From positions 562,550-626,549 of the forward strand of contig CAWDJG010000007.1 of assembly GCA_963802685.1 (NCBI GenBank): DNA of 64,000 nt. Reading direction: 5' to 3'. The position numbers and the translations under genes are program-made. The notes below the pieces were generated by a model, which worked only from the letters and a program-made list of their open reading frames with translations, had not been told where the DNA came from and did no database searches. Shown here in pieces: positions 46,511 to 56,081 of the stretch. The first letter of the stretch is position 1, and the number at the start of each line of letters is the position of its first letter. This DNA is from an uncultured Actinomycetes bacterium. GTDB taxonomy: Bacteria; Actinomycetota; Thermoleophilia; Gaiellales; Gaiellaceae.

Positions 46511-47106
46511 TCGTCGCGGGGATCGAGCCGAGGGCGGAGTTCGTCCACTGGTGGTTCGCCACCGGCTTCCTCGTGCTCGGGCTCGCGCTGTACGCGGAAG
46601 TCATCGTCGGCCCCGCGGTCTGGGCACGGCGGCCGTGGCGGCGCTACCTGTGGCCCGGCACGTGCTTCCTCATGGGCCTGCTCATGTGGCCGGTGATGGC
46701 CTTCTACACGAACTCGATGATCCACATGGTCGCGCACGGCTCGTGGGCGCAGGTGCTCATGCTGGCAGGCGCCGCCGAGCTCGGTGTCGTCCGCGGCAAG
46801 CTCCACTCGCCGTACTGGCGGCTCCTGACGGCATTCGGGCTCGTCGTCTCCGGGACGGCGCTCCTCGTCCACGAACAGAACGGCTGGTTCTTCGCGCGGG
46901 CGGCGTTCCTCCACCACACGCTCGGGTGGTTCGTCCTCGGCGCAGCGGCGTTCCCGCTCGTGCAAGCCTTCCGGCCACGCTCGATCGTCGCTGCGTCGGG
47001 CTTCGCGACGACGTTCCTCGTCATCGCCGTGCTCCTCTACTGCGACCGCGACCTCGCACCGATCTTCGGTCACCTGTCGACGTTCGCGGGAGCGCCGCAT
47101 CGATGA
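46507..47106 (+). CDS. polytopic membrane protein with conserved-looking intramembrane His motifs (possible CtaG/copper-handling type)
   Basis: ATGA overlap with the previous gene. 'MIHMVAHGSW', 'LLVHEQNGW', 'FLHHTLGW'. The family assignment is tentative. Confidence 0.55.
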   Translation: MIVAGIEPRAEFVHWWFATGFLVLGLALYAEVIVGPAVWARRPWRRYLWPGTCFLMGLLMWPVMAFYTNSMIHMVAHGSWAQVLMLAGAAELGVVRGKLHSPYWRLLTAFGLVVSGTALLVHEQNGWFFARAAFLHHTLGWFVLGAAAFPLVQAFRPRSIVAASGFATTFLVIAVLLYCDRDLAPIFGHLSTFAGAPHR

Positions 47107-48410
47107 AGCGTGCGGTCGTCGTCGCCGCACTCGCCGCGCTCGTGCTCCCGGCATCCGCGTTCGCGCATGCGTCGCTGCGAAGCGAGTCGCCGGGATTTCG
47201 ACAGCGGGTCGCTGTCTCGCCGCGTCAGGTCGTCCTGCAGTTCGACGAGACGGTCGATGCGCTGCCGAAGGCGATCGTCGTCCTGACGCCGAACGGGACG
47301 AACGTCGCCGGGAAGCCGCATGCGATTCCGTCGCAGCGCGAGATCGTCGTGTCGCTGCCGAAGCTGCGGAAGGGCCCGTACACGATCCGCTGGCAGGCGC
47401 TCTCGAACGACGGCCACATCGTCTCCGGCGTGTACACGTTCGGTGTCGGCGTTCCCGCGCCGCCGGTGACGGAGGCGGTCGGCGCGCAAGGCCCGACGCG
47501 GACGGAGGACGTCGTCCGCTGGCTCTACTTCCTCGGCCTCGCGCTCGGTGTCGGCGGCATCGGCTTCAGGCTGCTCGTCATCCGGGGGCCGCTGGCGCCG
47601 CGCGCGCGGCGCCGCTTCTTCTGGGTCGTCGGCGCCGGCATCGCCGGCGTGCTCGAGACCGGTATCGCGGCGTTCCTGCTCCGAGGAGAGGACTCCCTCC
47701 AGCTTCCGTTCGGCCGCTTCCTGTACGGCGACCTCTCGCCGCTCGCGAACGGGACGCGGTTCGGGCAGACGTTCGTCGTCATGGAGCTCGGGTTCGCGCT
47801 CGTCGTCGCGCTCGTCTACCTCGCGTGGTTGACCGAGCGGGACGCGTTCCTCTGGGGAGCGTTCGCGCTCGGGCTCGTTTTCGTCTCGGGGCTCTCGCTC
47901 TCGGGGCACTCGGCGGCCGGGCCGGGCGACTCGAAGTGGTCGGAGCTCGCCGACTACGTCCACCTCTCCGCCGCCGTGCTCTGGGTCGGCGGACTCGTGC
48001 AGCTCGCCGTCGTCGTGTGGCCCGGGCAGCCGGAGCTCCGTGGGACGGCGTTCCTCCGCTTCTCACGGCTCGCGACCGTGCTCGTCGCGCTGCTCGTCGG
48101 GGCGGGGACGTATCTCAGCATCCTGCGGCTACCGCGGCTGCACGACCTCTGGACGAGCGGCTACGGGCACGTGCTGCTGCTCAAGCTCGGGCTCGTGTCG
48201 CTCGCACTCGGCTGGGGTGCCGTGCATCACTTCCTCGCCGTGCCGCGCATCGACCGCGACGGCGTCCGCCGCACGCTCGCACGGAGCATCGTGGGCGAGA
48301 GCGCGGTCGCGGTGGCGGTGCTGCTCGCCGCGGCGATCCTCACCGACTCGCGGCCGGCGCCGCAGCCGGCGCCCGCGAAGGCTCCGACCGCAGCCGTCGC
48401 GCCTCGCTAG
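47103..48410 (+). CDS. CopC-CopD fusion copper resistance/uptake protein (YcnJ-like)
   Basis: ATGA overlap. Signal peptide then 'AHASLRSESP...YTIRWQALSNDGHIVSG' (CopC), followed by an eight-TM CopD domain. Confidence 0.85.
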   Translation: MKRAVVVAALAALVLPASAFAHASLRSESPGFRQRVAVSPRQVVLQFDETVDALPKAIVVLTPNGTNVAGKPHAIPSQREIVVSLPKLRKGPYTIRWQALSNDGHIVSGVYTFGVGVPAPPVTEAVGAQGPTRTEDVVRWLYFLGLALGVGGIGFRLLVIRGPLAPRARRRFFWVVGAGIAGVLETGIAAFLLRGEDSLQLPFGRFLYGDLSPLANGTRFGQTFVVMELGFALVVALVYLAWLTERDAFLWGAFALGLVFVSGLSLSGHSAAGPGDSKWSELADYVHLSAAVLWVGGLVQLAVVVWPGQPELRGTAFLRFSRLATVLVALLVGAGTYLSILRLPRLHDLWTSGYGHVLLLKLGLVSLALGWGAVHHFLAVPRIDRDGVRRTLARSIVGESAVAVAVLLAAAILTDSRPAPQPAPAKAPTAAVAPR

Positions 48411-48420
48411 GCTCTTTCCG

Positions 48421-49234
48421 GTGGGCAGGCTGAAGCTCCACGCGGCGGCGGTCGCGCGCGTGCTTCCCCGTGGCGGAGGGACCGAACGGCTCGGCCGCGA
48501 GGAGCGCCTCGTGTTCGTCATGGGCTCGCCGCGCTCGGGTACGACGTTCCTCGCCGGCGCGATCGGTGGGCTGCCGGGCTTCGTCGACCTAGGCGAGGTG
48601 CTGCCGCTGAAGTCCGCCGTGCCGGAGCTCATCGCGCGGCCCGAGGAGGAGGCGGCCGTCCGCATCCGGCGGACGCTCGAGCGCGTCCGGATGCTCGCAC
48701 TCGTCCGCGGCCTGCGCGGCGTCGAGCAGACGCCGGAGACGGCGTTCCTCGCCGGTGCCGTTGCGCGTGCGTACCCGCATGCACGCCGCGTCCACCTCGT
48801 CCGCGACGGCCGCGACGTCGTGTGCTCCCTTCTCGAGCGCGGCTGGCTGAACGCGAACCGCGACCGGCAGGCCGACGACGTCGGAGGCACGTACGGCGCG
48901 CGCGCACGCTTCTGGGTCGAGCCCGACCGTGTGCGCGAGTTCGAGGACGCGAGCGACGCGACGCGCGCGGCGTGGGCGTGGCGGCGGTACGTGAGCTCGG
49001 CGCGCTCGGGCGACGTCTTCGAGCTGCGCTACGAGGATCTTGCGGCCGACCCCGCAGGCATGGCGGAGACCTTGGGCGAGCATCTCGGCGTCGACGCGGT
49101 CGCCGTCGTCGACCAGCTGGCGCGTCGTTCACGCCCGCTCGGTCGGGCGGTTCCGCAGCGACCTTACGGCCGATCAGCTGCGCGACGTGGAACGAGAGGC
49201 TGGTCCGCTGCTCGCCGACCTCGGGTACGAATGA
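48421..49234 (+). pseudogene. PAPS-type sulfotransferase, one frameshift (~49123)
   Basis: 'FVMGSPRSGTTFL' (5'-PSB loop) and 'VHLVRDGRDVVCS' are in ORF 48040-49350. The natural-looking end 'HARSVGRFRSDLTADQLRDVEREAGPLLADLGYE*' is in ORF 49040-49234. Confidence 0.7.
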
Positions 49235-49346
49235 CGGAACGCCACCGCCCGCCCGCGGGCGGATCGGCAAACTCGAGGTCGACGGGCTGCCAGCCGAGCC
49301 GCCGCGCCTGGATGCGTAGCCACCACATGGGCTGCACGCTACGACG

Positions 49347-50702
49347 GTGAATGTTCACGCCACGTTAAGCCGGGCGGACTTCCTCGCCCAGAGCGCGGGC
49401 GCGGTCTTGGCCGCGTCCGGGTGGAAGGTCGCCGAGCGCGGCGTGCAGCACTTTCGTTCGCGTCCCGATCTATCGCCGCCCGTCGTCACGGTGCTGCACG
49501 CACCGCAGCAGACGGCACCGGGTCTGCTCTTCCTCGCACCGTCCTCAGGCCCGGGGCAGCGCGGCGTCCTCATCCTCGACCGCGCGGGCGACGTCGTCTG
49601 GTTCCATCCGACGGCGCCGCGCACGGCGATGAACTTCCGTGCCGCGTCGTTCCACGGCGCGCCCGTGCTGACGTGGTGGGAGGCGCTGCCGGGCGGCGGG
49701 CTCGGCCGCGGCGAGCACGTGATCGTCGATGCGTCGTATCGCGAGATCGCCCGCTTCCCCGCCGGACACGGGATGAAGTCCGACCTGCACGAGCTCCTGC
49801 TCACCGCGCGCGGGACGGCGCTCGTGACGAGCTTCGAGGTGCGCCGGCGCGGCGCGAGCGGCCTCACGATGGGCGGCATCGTGCAGGAGCTCGAGGTGCC
49901 GAGCGCACGCGTCTTGTTCGAGTGGCGGAGCCTCGACCACGTCGCCGTGGAGGAGTCGTACGTTCCGGTCGGCTATCCGTGGGACTACTTCCACGTGAAC
50001 TCGATCGACGTCGACGCCGACGACAACCTGCTCGTCTCCGCGCGCAACACGTGGGCGGTCTACAAGGTGCACAGGCGGACCGGGAGGGTGCTGTGGCGGC
50101 TGGGCGGCAAGCGCAGCGACTTCGCACTCGGCGCGGGCGCGCGCTTCGCGTACCAGCACGACGCGCGCAGCCACGAGGGCGGACGCGACGTCTCCGTCTT
50201 CGACAACGGCGAGACGCATTCGCGCGGCGCCGTCCTCTCGCTCGACGTGAAGCGCATGCGTGCGTCGCTCCGGCGCGAATACGTGCACCATCCGCCGCTG
50301 CACGGGTACAAGCTCGGGAGCGTGCAGCTGCTCGCGAACGGCGACGCCCTCGTCGGCTGGGGGACCGATCCGCACTTCACCGAGTACTCGGCCGCCGGCG
50401 CCGTGCGCCTCGATGCGACGCTGCCGCACGGCGGCGAGAACTACCGGACGCTGCGCTTCCCATGGGCGGCGCGGCCGCGGGACGTGCCGGTCGCCGTCGT
50501 GCGCGGGACGACGATCTACGCGAGCTGGAACGGAGCCACGGGCGTCGCGTCATGGCGGGTCGATCCGGGCGGTGCGCCCGTCCCCCGCCGCGGGTTCGAG
50601 ACCGCGATTCCCGCTCCCGCCGGGGGACGGTCGGTTCGGGTGGTCGCACTCGGCGCGGACGGGAAGCCACTGGGCAGCTCCGCACCGTTAACGTTGCGCT
50701 GA
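49347..50702 (+). CDS. arylsulfotransferase (ASST) family beta-propeller protein
   Basis: 'WDYFHVNSIDVDADDNLLVSARNTWAVYKV', 'FAYQHDAR'. The N-terminal 'SRADFLAQSAGAVLAASG' looks like a Tat signal with only one Arg. Confidence 0.8.
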   Translation: MNVHATLSRADFLAQSAGAVLAASGWKVAERGVQHFRSRPDLSPPVVTVLHAPQQTAPGLLFLAPSSGPGQRGVLILDRAGDVVWFHPTAPRTAMNFRAASFHGAPVLTWWEALPGGGLGRGEHVIVDASYREIARFPAGHGMKSDLHELLLTARGTALVTSFEVRRRGASGLTMGGIVQELEVPSARVLFEWRSLDHVAVEESYVPVGYPWDYFHVNSIDVDADDNLLVSARNTWAVYKVHRRTGRVLWRLGGKRSDFALGAGARFAYQHDARSHEGGRDVSVFDNGETHSRGAVLSLDVKRMRASLRREYVHHPPLHGYKLGSVQLLANGDALVGWGTDPHFTEYSAAGAVRLDATLPHGGENYRTLRFPWAARPRDVPVAVVRGTTIYASWNGATGVASWRVDPGGAPVPRRGFETAIPAPAGGRSVRVVALGADGKPLGSSAPLTLR

Positions 50703-51604
50703 TGCTCGTGCTCACTCGTGCGGAGGTGGAGGAGCTGCTCGACCTCGACGCGCTCATCGAGGCGCTTGCCGGCGCGCACGCCGAGCTGTCGGCCGGAGCT
50801 GCGTCGCTGCCGCCGCGCGTGGCCGCGTTCACGACGGCGGGGCTGCTCGGCGCGATGCCGGGCTTCGTCCCGAGCGCGGGCCTCGGCGCGAAGCTCGTGT
50901 CGCTCTTCCCCGCGAACAAGCCGCCACTCCCGACCCATCAGGCGGCGATCGTCCTCTTCGACGCGAACACGGGGCTCGTGACAGCCCTCATGGACGGGGC
51001 GTACATCACCGCGATGCGCACGGCCGCCGCCGCCGCGCTCGCTGCACGCCTGCTGGCGCGTACCGACGCCCGCGTGCTCGCGATCCTCGGCACCGGCACG
51101 CAGTCGCGCGCCGCGCGGGAGATGTTCCCGCGTGTCCGGGACTTCGCCGAGATCCGGGTCGCGGGCCGTGGCGAATACGAGGACGCGGTGCGCGGTGCCG
51201 ACGTCGTCCACGGAACGACCCACTCGCCGGACCCGGTGGTCCTCGCCGGCTGGCTGTCGCCCGGTGCGCACGTGTCGTCGGTCGGGTACAACGCGCCCGG
51301 CTCCGAGCTCGACCCCGCGATCGTCGCGAACGCAGACGTCGTGTGCGTCGAGTCGCGCGACTCCGCCTTCGCGCCGCTCCCCGCCGGCGCGCCGGAGCTC
51401 GCGGGCTTCGACCCGCAGCGCACCGTCGAGCTCGGCGAGCTCGTCGCGGGCACGCGTGTCGGCCGCACGTCGCCGGGGCAGATGACCTTGTACAAGTCCG
51501 TCGGTGTCGCGATCCAGGACCTCGCCGCTGCGGCCCTCGTGCTGGCGGCGGCCAAGGAGCGCGGCGTCGGCCTCGAGATCGAGCTGGAGGAGGTTCACCG
51601 ATGA
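50702..51604 (+). CDS. ornithine cyclodeaminase / mu-crystallin family protein
   Basis: TGATG overlap with the ASST gene. 'DGAYITAMRTAAAAALAA', 'LAILGTGTQSR', 'LYKSVGVAIQD'. Confidence 0.85.
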   Translation: MLVLTRAEVEELLDLDALIEALAGAHAELSAGAASLPPRVAAFTTAGLLGAMPGFVPSAGLGAKLVSLFPANKPPLPTHQAAIVLFDANTGLVTALMDGAYITAMRTAAAAALAARLLARTDARVLAILGTGTQSRAAREMFPRVRDFAEIRVAGRGEYEDAVRGADVVHGTTHSPDPVVLAGWLSPGAHVSSVGYNAPGSELDPAIVANADVVCVESRDSAFAPLPAGAPELAGFDPQRTVELGELVAGTRVGRTSPGQMTLYKSVGVAIQDLAAAALVLAAAKERGVGLEIELEEVHR

Positions 51605-52671
51605 ACGACTTCTCGCCCGGCCTTGCCGGCGTCGTCGCGGTCGAGACGGAGATCGCCGAGCCGGACCGCGAGGGTGGATCGCTCCGCTACCGCGGCATCG
51701 ACATCGAGGAGCTCGTCGGCAGCGTCCCGTTCGAGAAGGTGTGGGGGCTGCTCGTCGACGGGGCGCTCGAGCCGGGACTCCCGGCCGCGTCGTGCGAGCT
51801 CGACGTGCGGACCGGCGGCCACATGGCCGACCTCCAGGCGATGCTTGCCATCCTCAGCGGCCGGTGGAAGCTCGGCCAGCTCATCGACATCGACGACGAG
51901 CGGGCGAAGGAGGATCTGCGGCGGCTGTCGGCCGCGGCACTCTCGATCGTCGCTCAGTCCGGGCGCGGGCCGGACCTTCCGCCCGTACCCGAGGAGACGG
52001 TGCTCGCCGGCCGCACCGCCGCGGAACGCTTCCTGCTCGCATGGCGCGGCGAGGTCGACGAGCGGCATGCGAAGGCGATCGACACGTACTGGATCTGCAC
52101 GGCGGAGCACGGCATGAACGCGTCGACGTTCACAGCGCGGACGGTCGCGTCGACCGGCGCGGATTGCGGCGCGGCGCTGTCGGCCGCGGTCGGCGCGCTC
52201 TCCGGGCCGCTGCACGGCGGCGCGCCCGCGCGCGTGCTGCCGATGCTCGACGCGGTCGCGGAGATGGGCGACGCGGAGAAGTGGGTGACCGAGGCGCTCG
52301 CACGCCACGAGCGGATCATGGGGTTCGGGCATCGCGTGTACCGCGCCGAGGATCCGCGCTCGCGCCTGTTGAAGCGGACCGCGAAAGAGCTCGGGTCGCC
52401 GCGCGTCGCGATCGCGGAGGAGCTCGAACAGGTTGCGCACGAGGCGATCGCGAAGAAGCATCCGGACCACTCGTGGCCGAACGTCGAGTTCTGGTCGGCG
52501 ATCGTCCTCGACGTCGCCGAGGTGCCGCCGAACCTCGCCCCCGCGATGTTCGCGTGCTCGCGCACCGCGGGCTGGTCGGCGCACGTGCTCGAGCAGAAGC
52601 GGCTCGGCGTGCTCATCCGGCCGAGCGCGAGGTATATAGGCCCCGCTCCGCGCAGCCTGCAGCAGGTCTAG
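51601..52671 (+). CDS. citrate synthase (short, 2-methylcitrate-synthase-like type)
   Basis: ATGA overlap with the OCD gene. 'GALSGPLHGGA', 'IMGFGHRVYRAEDPR', 'PNVEFWSA'. Confidence 0.9.
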   Translation: MNDFSPGLAGVVAVETEIAEPDREGGSLRYRGIDIEELVGSVPFEKVWGLLVDGALEPGLPAASCELDVRTGGHMADLQAMLAILSGRWKLGQLIDIDDERAKEDLRRLSAAALSIVAQSGRGPDLPPVPEETVLAGRTAAERFLLAWRGEVDERHAKAIDTYWICTAEHGMNASTFTARTVASTGADCGAALSAAVGALSGPLHGGAPARVLPMLDAVAEMGDAEKWVTEALARHERIMGFGHRVYRAEDPRSRLLKRTAKELGSPRVAIAEELEQVAHEAIAKKHPDHSWPNVEFWSAIVLDVAEVPPNLAPAMFACSRTAGWSAHVLEQKRLGVLIRPSARYIGPAPRSLQQV

Positions 52672-52672
52672 G

Positions 52673-53401
52673 TCAGGGGCGAAGCGGCGACATGCTCGTC
52701 GCAATCGCGAGGAGCTCGTGCTGGCTGAGGCCATGTGTCATGAACGTGACCTCCATGCCACGCTCGACCCAGTCGAGCGCCCACTCGCCGGTGATGCGCG
52801 CGCAGCCGACCGGCGCGCAGTCCTCGAAGAGGTGTGCTGCATGGCCGTCGATGTTCCAGACTGCGACGCGGGCCGGGGCTCCGAGCTGGCCGCACGTGTA
52901 CGGGCGTCCCTCCGCAACCTGCAGGGTGGCGCCGTCCGGGCGGCGATACATGGCTATGACCCACGGCCGGTGCGGCATGCCGCCGCAGCGCATCGCTCCG
53001 ACGGCGCTCTCGAGCTTGAGCCCGAGCGTCGTGGCAGGCACCCCGACGACCATGTGCGAGTACGTCGCCGCGTCCGACCACGTCCCGGCGTGCGCGACGG
53101 GGCCGTAGGCCCGGACCACGGAGCTCGTGCGGCTGCACGAGATCGCCCACGATTGGCGGTCCTGCCCGACGACGCACACCCAGCCCGCCGCGCTTCCGTC
53201 GTTCGCAGCCCTGTAGAGAGTGCGCATCGCATCCGTACATGACACCGCGCCGCGTTCGACCTGCACCGAGTATGTGTACCGCGTCCACATCGGGAGGACG
53301 GAGAACGTCCCGCACGCGCGGGCGGCCCGGGCGGCGCCGGCTGACGTTCCGCTGGCGAGGGAGGCGCCCACGACGGCGACGAGCACGAGACGGCGAGCCA
53401 C
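52673..53401 (-). CDS. secreted hypothetical protein (242 aa, Cys-rich)
   Basis: Signal peptide 'MARRLVLVAVVGASLASGTSAGAARA'. No family recognised. Confidence 0.6.
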   Translation of the reverse strand: MARRLVLVAVVGASLASGTSAGAARAARACGTFSVLPMWTRYTYSVQVERGAVSCTDAMRTLYRAANDGSAAGWVCVVGQDRQSWAISCSRTSSVVRAYGPVAHAGTWSDAATYSHMVVGVPATTLGLKLESAVGAMRCGGMPHRPWVIAMYRRPDGATLQVAEGRPYTCGQLGAPARVAVWNIDGHAAHLFEDCAPVGCARITGEWALDWVERGMEVTFMTHGLSQHELLAIATSMSPLRP

Positions 53402-53449
53402 GGCGCGAGCGTACGACCGCCGCGACGGACTTACCTCCGCGAAAACCCG

Positions 53450-53867
53450 TCAGTCGTAGTACTCGACGGCGTCGCCGGGGCGGAACAGCTTCCAGTCGTC
53501 GCCGTCGACGACGCACGCCGACCTTGCCGACGTCCGGATACTCCGAGACGTCGGGCGCGACGTTCGTCGACACGATGACGACGCGCGCGACCTCGTCGGT
53601 GTCGTTGCGGATCTCCTTCGCTCCTTCGGGCCCGCGCGGGAACGTCACCACGTCGCCCTCCGCCAGCACACGCTCGCCCTCGGGGGTTCGCAGTGTCGGC
53701 CGTCCGCGCAAGACGATGACGAGCTCCTCGCTCCCGTGGTGGAAGTGATTCCAGTTCACGCCGCCGGGCTGGAGCTCCCACACCGACGCGCCGAGCGTCG
53801 TTCGCCGGTCGAGCCGGAGTGCCCCGACACCGCCCCAGTCGGGGACGTCGTCCCAGACGTTGCTCAT
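53450..53867 (-). pseudogene. cupin-domain protein, one frameshift (~53517)
   Basis: 'WELQPGGVNWNHFHHGSEELVIVLRGRPTL...GDVVTFPRGPEGA' is in ORF 52668-53867. A 1-nt shift restores the natural end '...GKVGACVVDGDDWKLFRPGDAVEYYD*'. Confidence 0.7.
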
Positions 53868-55044
53868 GTCGAGGGGTAGTCTCCCACGCGTGATCGACCC
53901 GCGCGACTACCGGGACCGCTTCCCGATCCTCGCGGACTGCATCTACCTCATCAACCACTCGCTCGCCGCGATGCCGGCGGCGGCGGAGGAGCGGCTGCTC
54001 GAGTACGCGCGCATGTGGCGGGAGCGCGGCATCCGCTCGTGGGGCGAGGGCTGGTGGAACATGCCGTTCACCGTCGGCGACCAGATCGCTCGGATCATCG
54101 GCGGGGCTCCTGGCACGGTGGTGATGCACCAGAACGTCACCGTCGCCGAGATGGTGATCATCTCGTGCTTCCGGAATTCGGGCGCGCGCAACCGCGTCGT
54201 GTACGAGGAGGCGAACTTCCCGTCGGTGCGCTACCTCTACCAGGCGCAGCCCGACCTCGAAGTCGTCGCCGTCGAGGACGACCGCGCGATCGTCGACGCG
54301 ATCGACGAGCGGACGCTGCTCGTGCCGATCAGCCACGTGCTGTTCAAGAACGCCGAGATCCAGGACGTCGAGCCGATCGTCCGCCGCGCACACGAGGTCG
54401 GCGCGCACGTCGTCCTCGACTGCTACCAGTCCGCGGGCGTCGTCCCGCTCGACGTGGCGGCACTCGACGTCGACTTCGCCGTCGGCGGCAGCGTGAAGTG
54501 GCTGTGCGGCGGGCCCGGTGCGGGATGGCTGTACGTCCGGCCCGACCTCGTCGAGCGGCTCGAGCCGACGTTCGTCGGCTGGCAGGGCCACGCGCGCCCG
54601 TTTGCGTTCGAGCCCGAGCTCGAGTACGCGGACGGCGTCGGGCGCTTCCTCACCGGCACGCCGAACGTCCCCGCGCTGTATGCGGCGACGGCGGGCTATG
54701 ACGTCATCGAGGAGGTCGGCGTCGAGCGCATCCGTGAGCGTTCGCTCGCGCTCACGTCGCTCCTCATCGAGCTGCTCGACGAGGCGGGTCTCGAAGTCGC
54801 GAGCCCGCGTGCGCCGGAGCGGCGTGGCGGCACCGTGCTCGTCGGAACGCCCGACCACGCCGCCGTCCACCGCGAGCTCGGCGAGCGCGGCATCATCTGC
54901 GACTTCCGCCCGGATGCGGGCATTCGCCTCGGCCCGCACTTCTACAACACGGAGGACGAGCTCCGGCGCACGGTCGCCGAGCTCGCGGACATCGTCGAGA
55001 GCGGCGCATACGCGCAGCATGTGGGAGCTTCCGCCAGGTTCTGA
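53866..55044 (+). CDS. kynureninase-like class V PLP-dependent enzyme
   Basis: ORF 53860-55044. 'DRFPIL', 'GGSVKWLCGGPGAGWLY'. The ATG at 53866 shares 2 nt with the divergent cupin start codon. A GTG at 53890 is also possible. Confidence 0.8.
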   Translation: MSRGSLPRVIDPRDYRDRFPILADCIYLINHSLAAMPAAAEERLLEYARMWRERGIRSWGEGWWNMPFTVGDQIARIIGGAPGTVVMHQNVTVAEMVIISCFRNSGARNRVVYEEANFPSVRYLYQAQPDLEVVAVEDDRAIVDAIDERTLLVPISHVLFKNAEIQDVEPIVRRAHEVGAHVVLDCYQSAGVVPLDVAALDVDFAVGGSVKWLCGGPGAGWLYVRPDLVERLEPTFVGWQGHARPFAFEPELEYADGVGRFLTGTPNVPALYAATAGYDVIEEVGVERIRERSLALTSLLIELLDEAGLEVASPRAPERRGGTVLVGTPDHAAVHRELGERGIICDFRPDAGIRLGPHFYNTEDELRRTVAELADIVESGAYAQHVGASARF

Positions 55045-55088
55045 GCGTGAGATTTACGTTGCTCTGACACTCATCCCCTTTTGAAGGG

Positions 55089-56081
55089 ATGGGAGTACGT
55101 CTTTCACATGGTGATAAAGGACTCGTGGGGCGGGTCGTGGGGGTCTTTGCCGTCGCCGTGGCTGTGCTGGCGTTCGCCGGCGCGGCCTCGGCGGCGCAGC
55201 TCATCGATCGCGACGCCTCCGGGCTCCAGCTCTCGGTGAACGCGAAGGGCGAAGCCCTTCTCACGTACACCAAGGGCGGCGCGATCAAGCACGTGCTCCT
55301 CTGGGGCGCGATCAACGCGCTCCCACCCGCGCCGGGAACGCAGCAGGTGAAGTTCCACGTCGACTATGCGGGCGGCTGGGGCAAGTACCGGACGCTGTAC
55401 TGGCAGCACTTCTCCGGCGGGTGCGGCCACTACGACGGCCCGGCGCTGCCGAACGTCGTCGCCGCCTGCAAGGCGCCGGACGGCACCTACTGGGCGGCGC
55501 AGCAGTGGCCGCAGCCGCTGCCTGACCTCGGCTTCACGCCGTGGCTCACGACGCAGCGCCAGCAGTGGCTCGAGGTCTCGCACTGGATCGGCCCCGTTGC
55601 ACAGATCGAGACCGGCATGCACTGGGTCTACGACGGCCGCTTCCAGAGCATCTTCGGCCGGCTCACGTACAACGGCCAGCCGGTGCACGGTTTCGGCACG
55701 ACCCGCGTCGGCGCGCCGACCGACGGCTTCGGGCGCCTCGTCTACCTCGACACGTTCAACTCGATGTACGGCACAGGCTGGTATCGCGAGAACTCGTTCG
55801 TCGCGCACAACCCGTCGGGTGTCTTCTGTTACGGCTTCTACCCGTTCGATCCGACGAAGGGCGGCTACCACTATCCGCCGGGCCAGACCGCGAAGCGCGG
55901 GCCGGGCGTCGGCGAGCAGTACCGCCTCTTCGCCGAGGGGCCGGGCGTGACCCCGGACGTCGCCGCCGTCGTCCCCGGGCTCCATCCGTTCGACCGCTCG
56001 AATCCGGCCGACGTCGAGCTCGAGGCGCAGCAGGCCGCGGTCATCCGCGGCTGGGGCGACAAGAGCTGCCGGACTAGCTGA
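55089..56081 (+). CDS. secreted hypothetical protein (330 aa)
   Basis: Signal/TM 'VVGVFAVAVAVLAFAGAASA'. Aromatic-rich mature part. No family recognised. Confidence 0.6.
   Translation: MGVRLSHGDKGLVGRVVGVFAVAVAVLAFAGAASAAQLIDRDASGLQLSVNAKGEALLTYTKGGAIKHVLLWGAINALPPAPGTQQVKFHVDYAGGWGKYRTLYWQHFSGGCGHYDGPALPNVVAACKAPDGTYWAAQQWPQPLPDLGFTPWLTTQRQQWLEVSHWIGPVAQIETGMHWVYDGRFQSIFGRLTYNGQPVHGFGTTRVGAPTDGFGRLVYLDTFNSMYGTGWYRENSFVAHNPSGVFCYGFYPFDPTKGGYHYPPGQTAKRGPGVGEQYRLFAEGPGVTPDVAAVVPGLHPFDRSNPADVELEAQQAAVIRGWGDKSCRTS

Noticed and set aside
55100-55125. 'TTTCACAT' resembling the tip of the 30.1-kb fold-back element.
   Set aside because: Only 8 nt are shared and there is no partner inverted repeat nearby. 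This is most likely coincidence.
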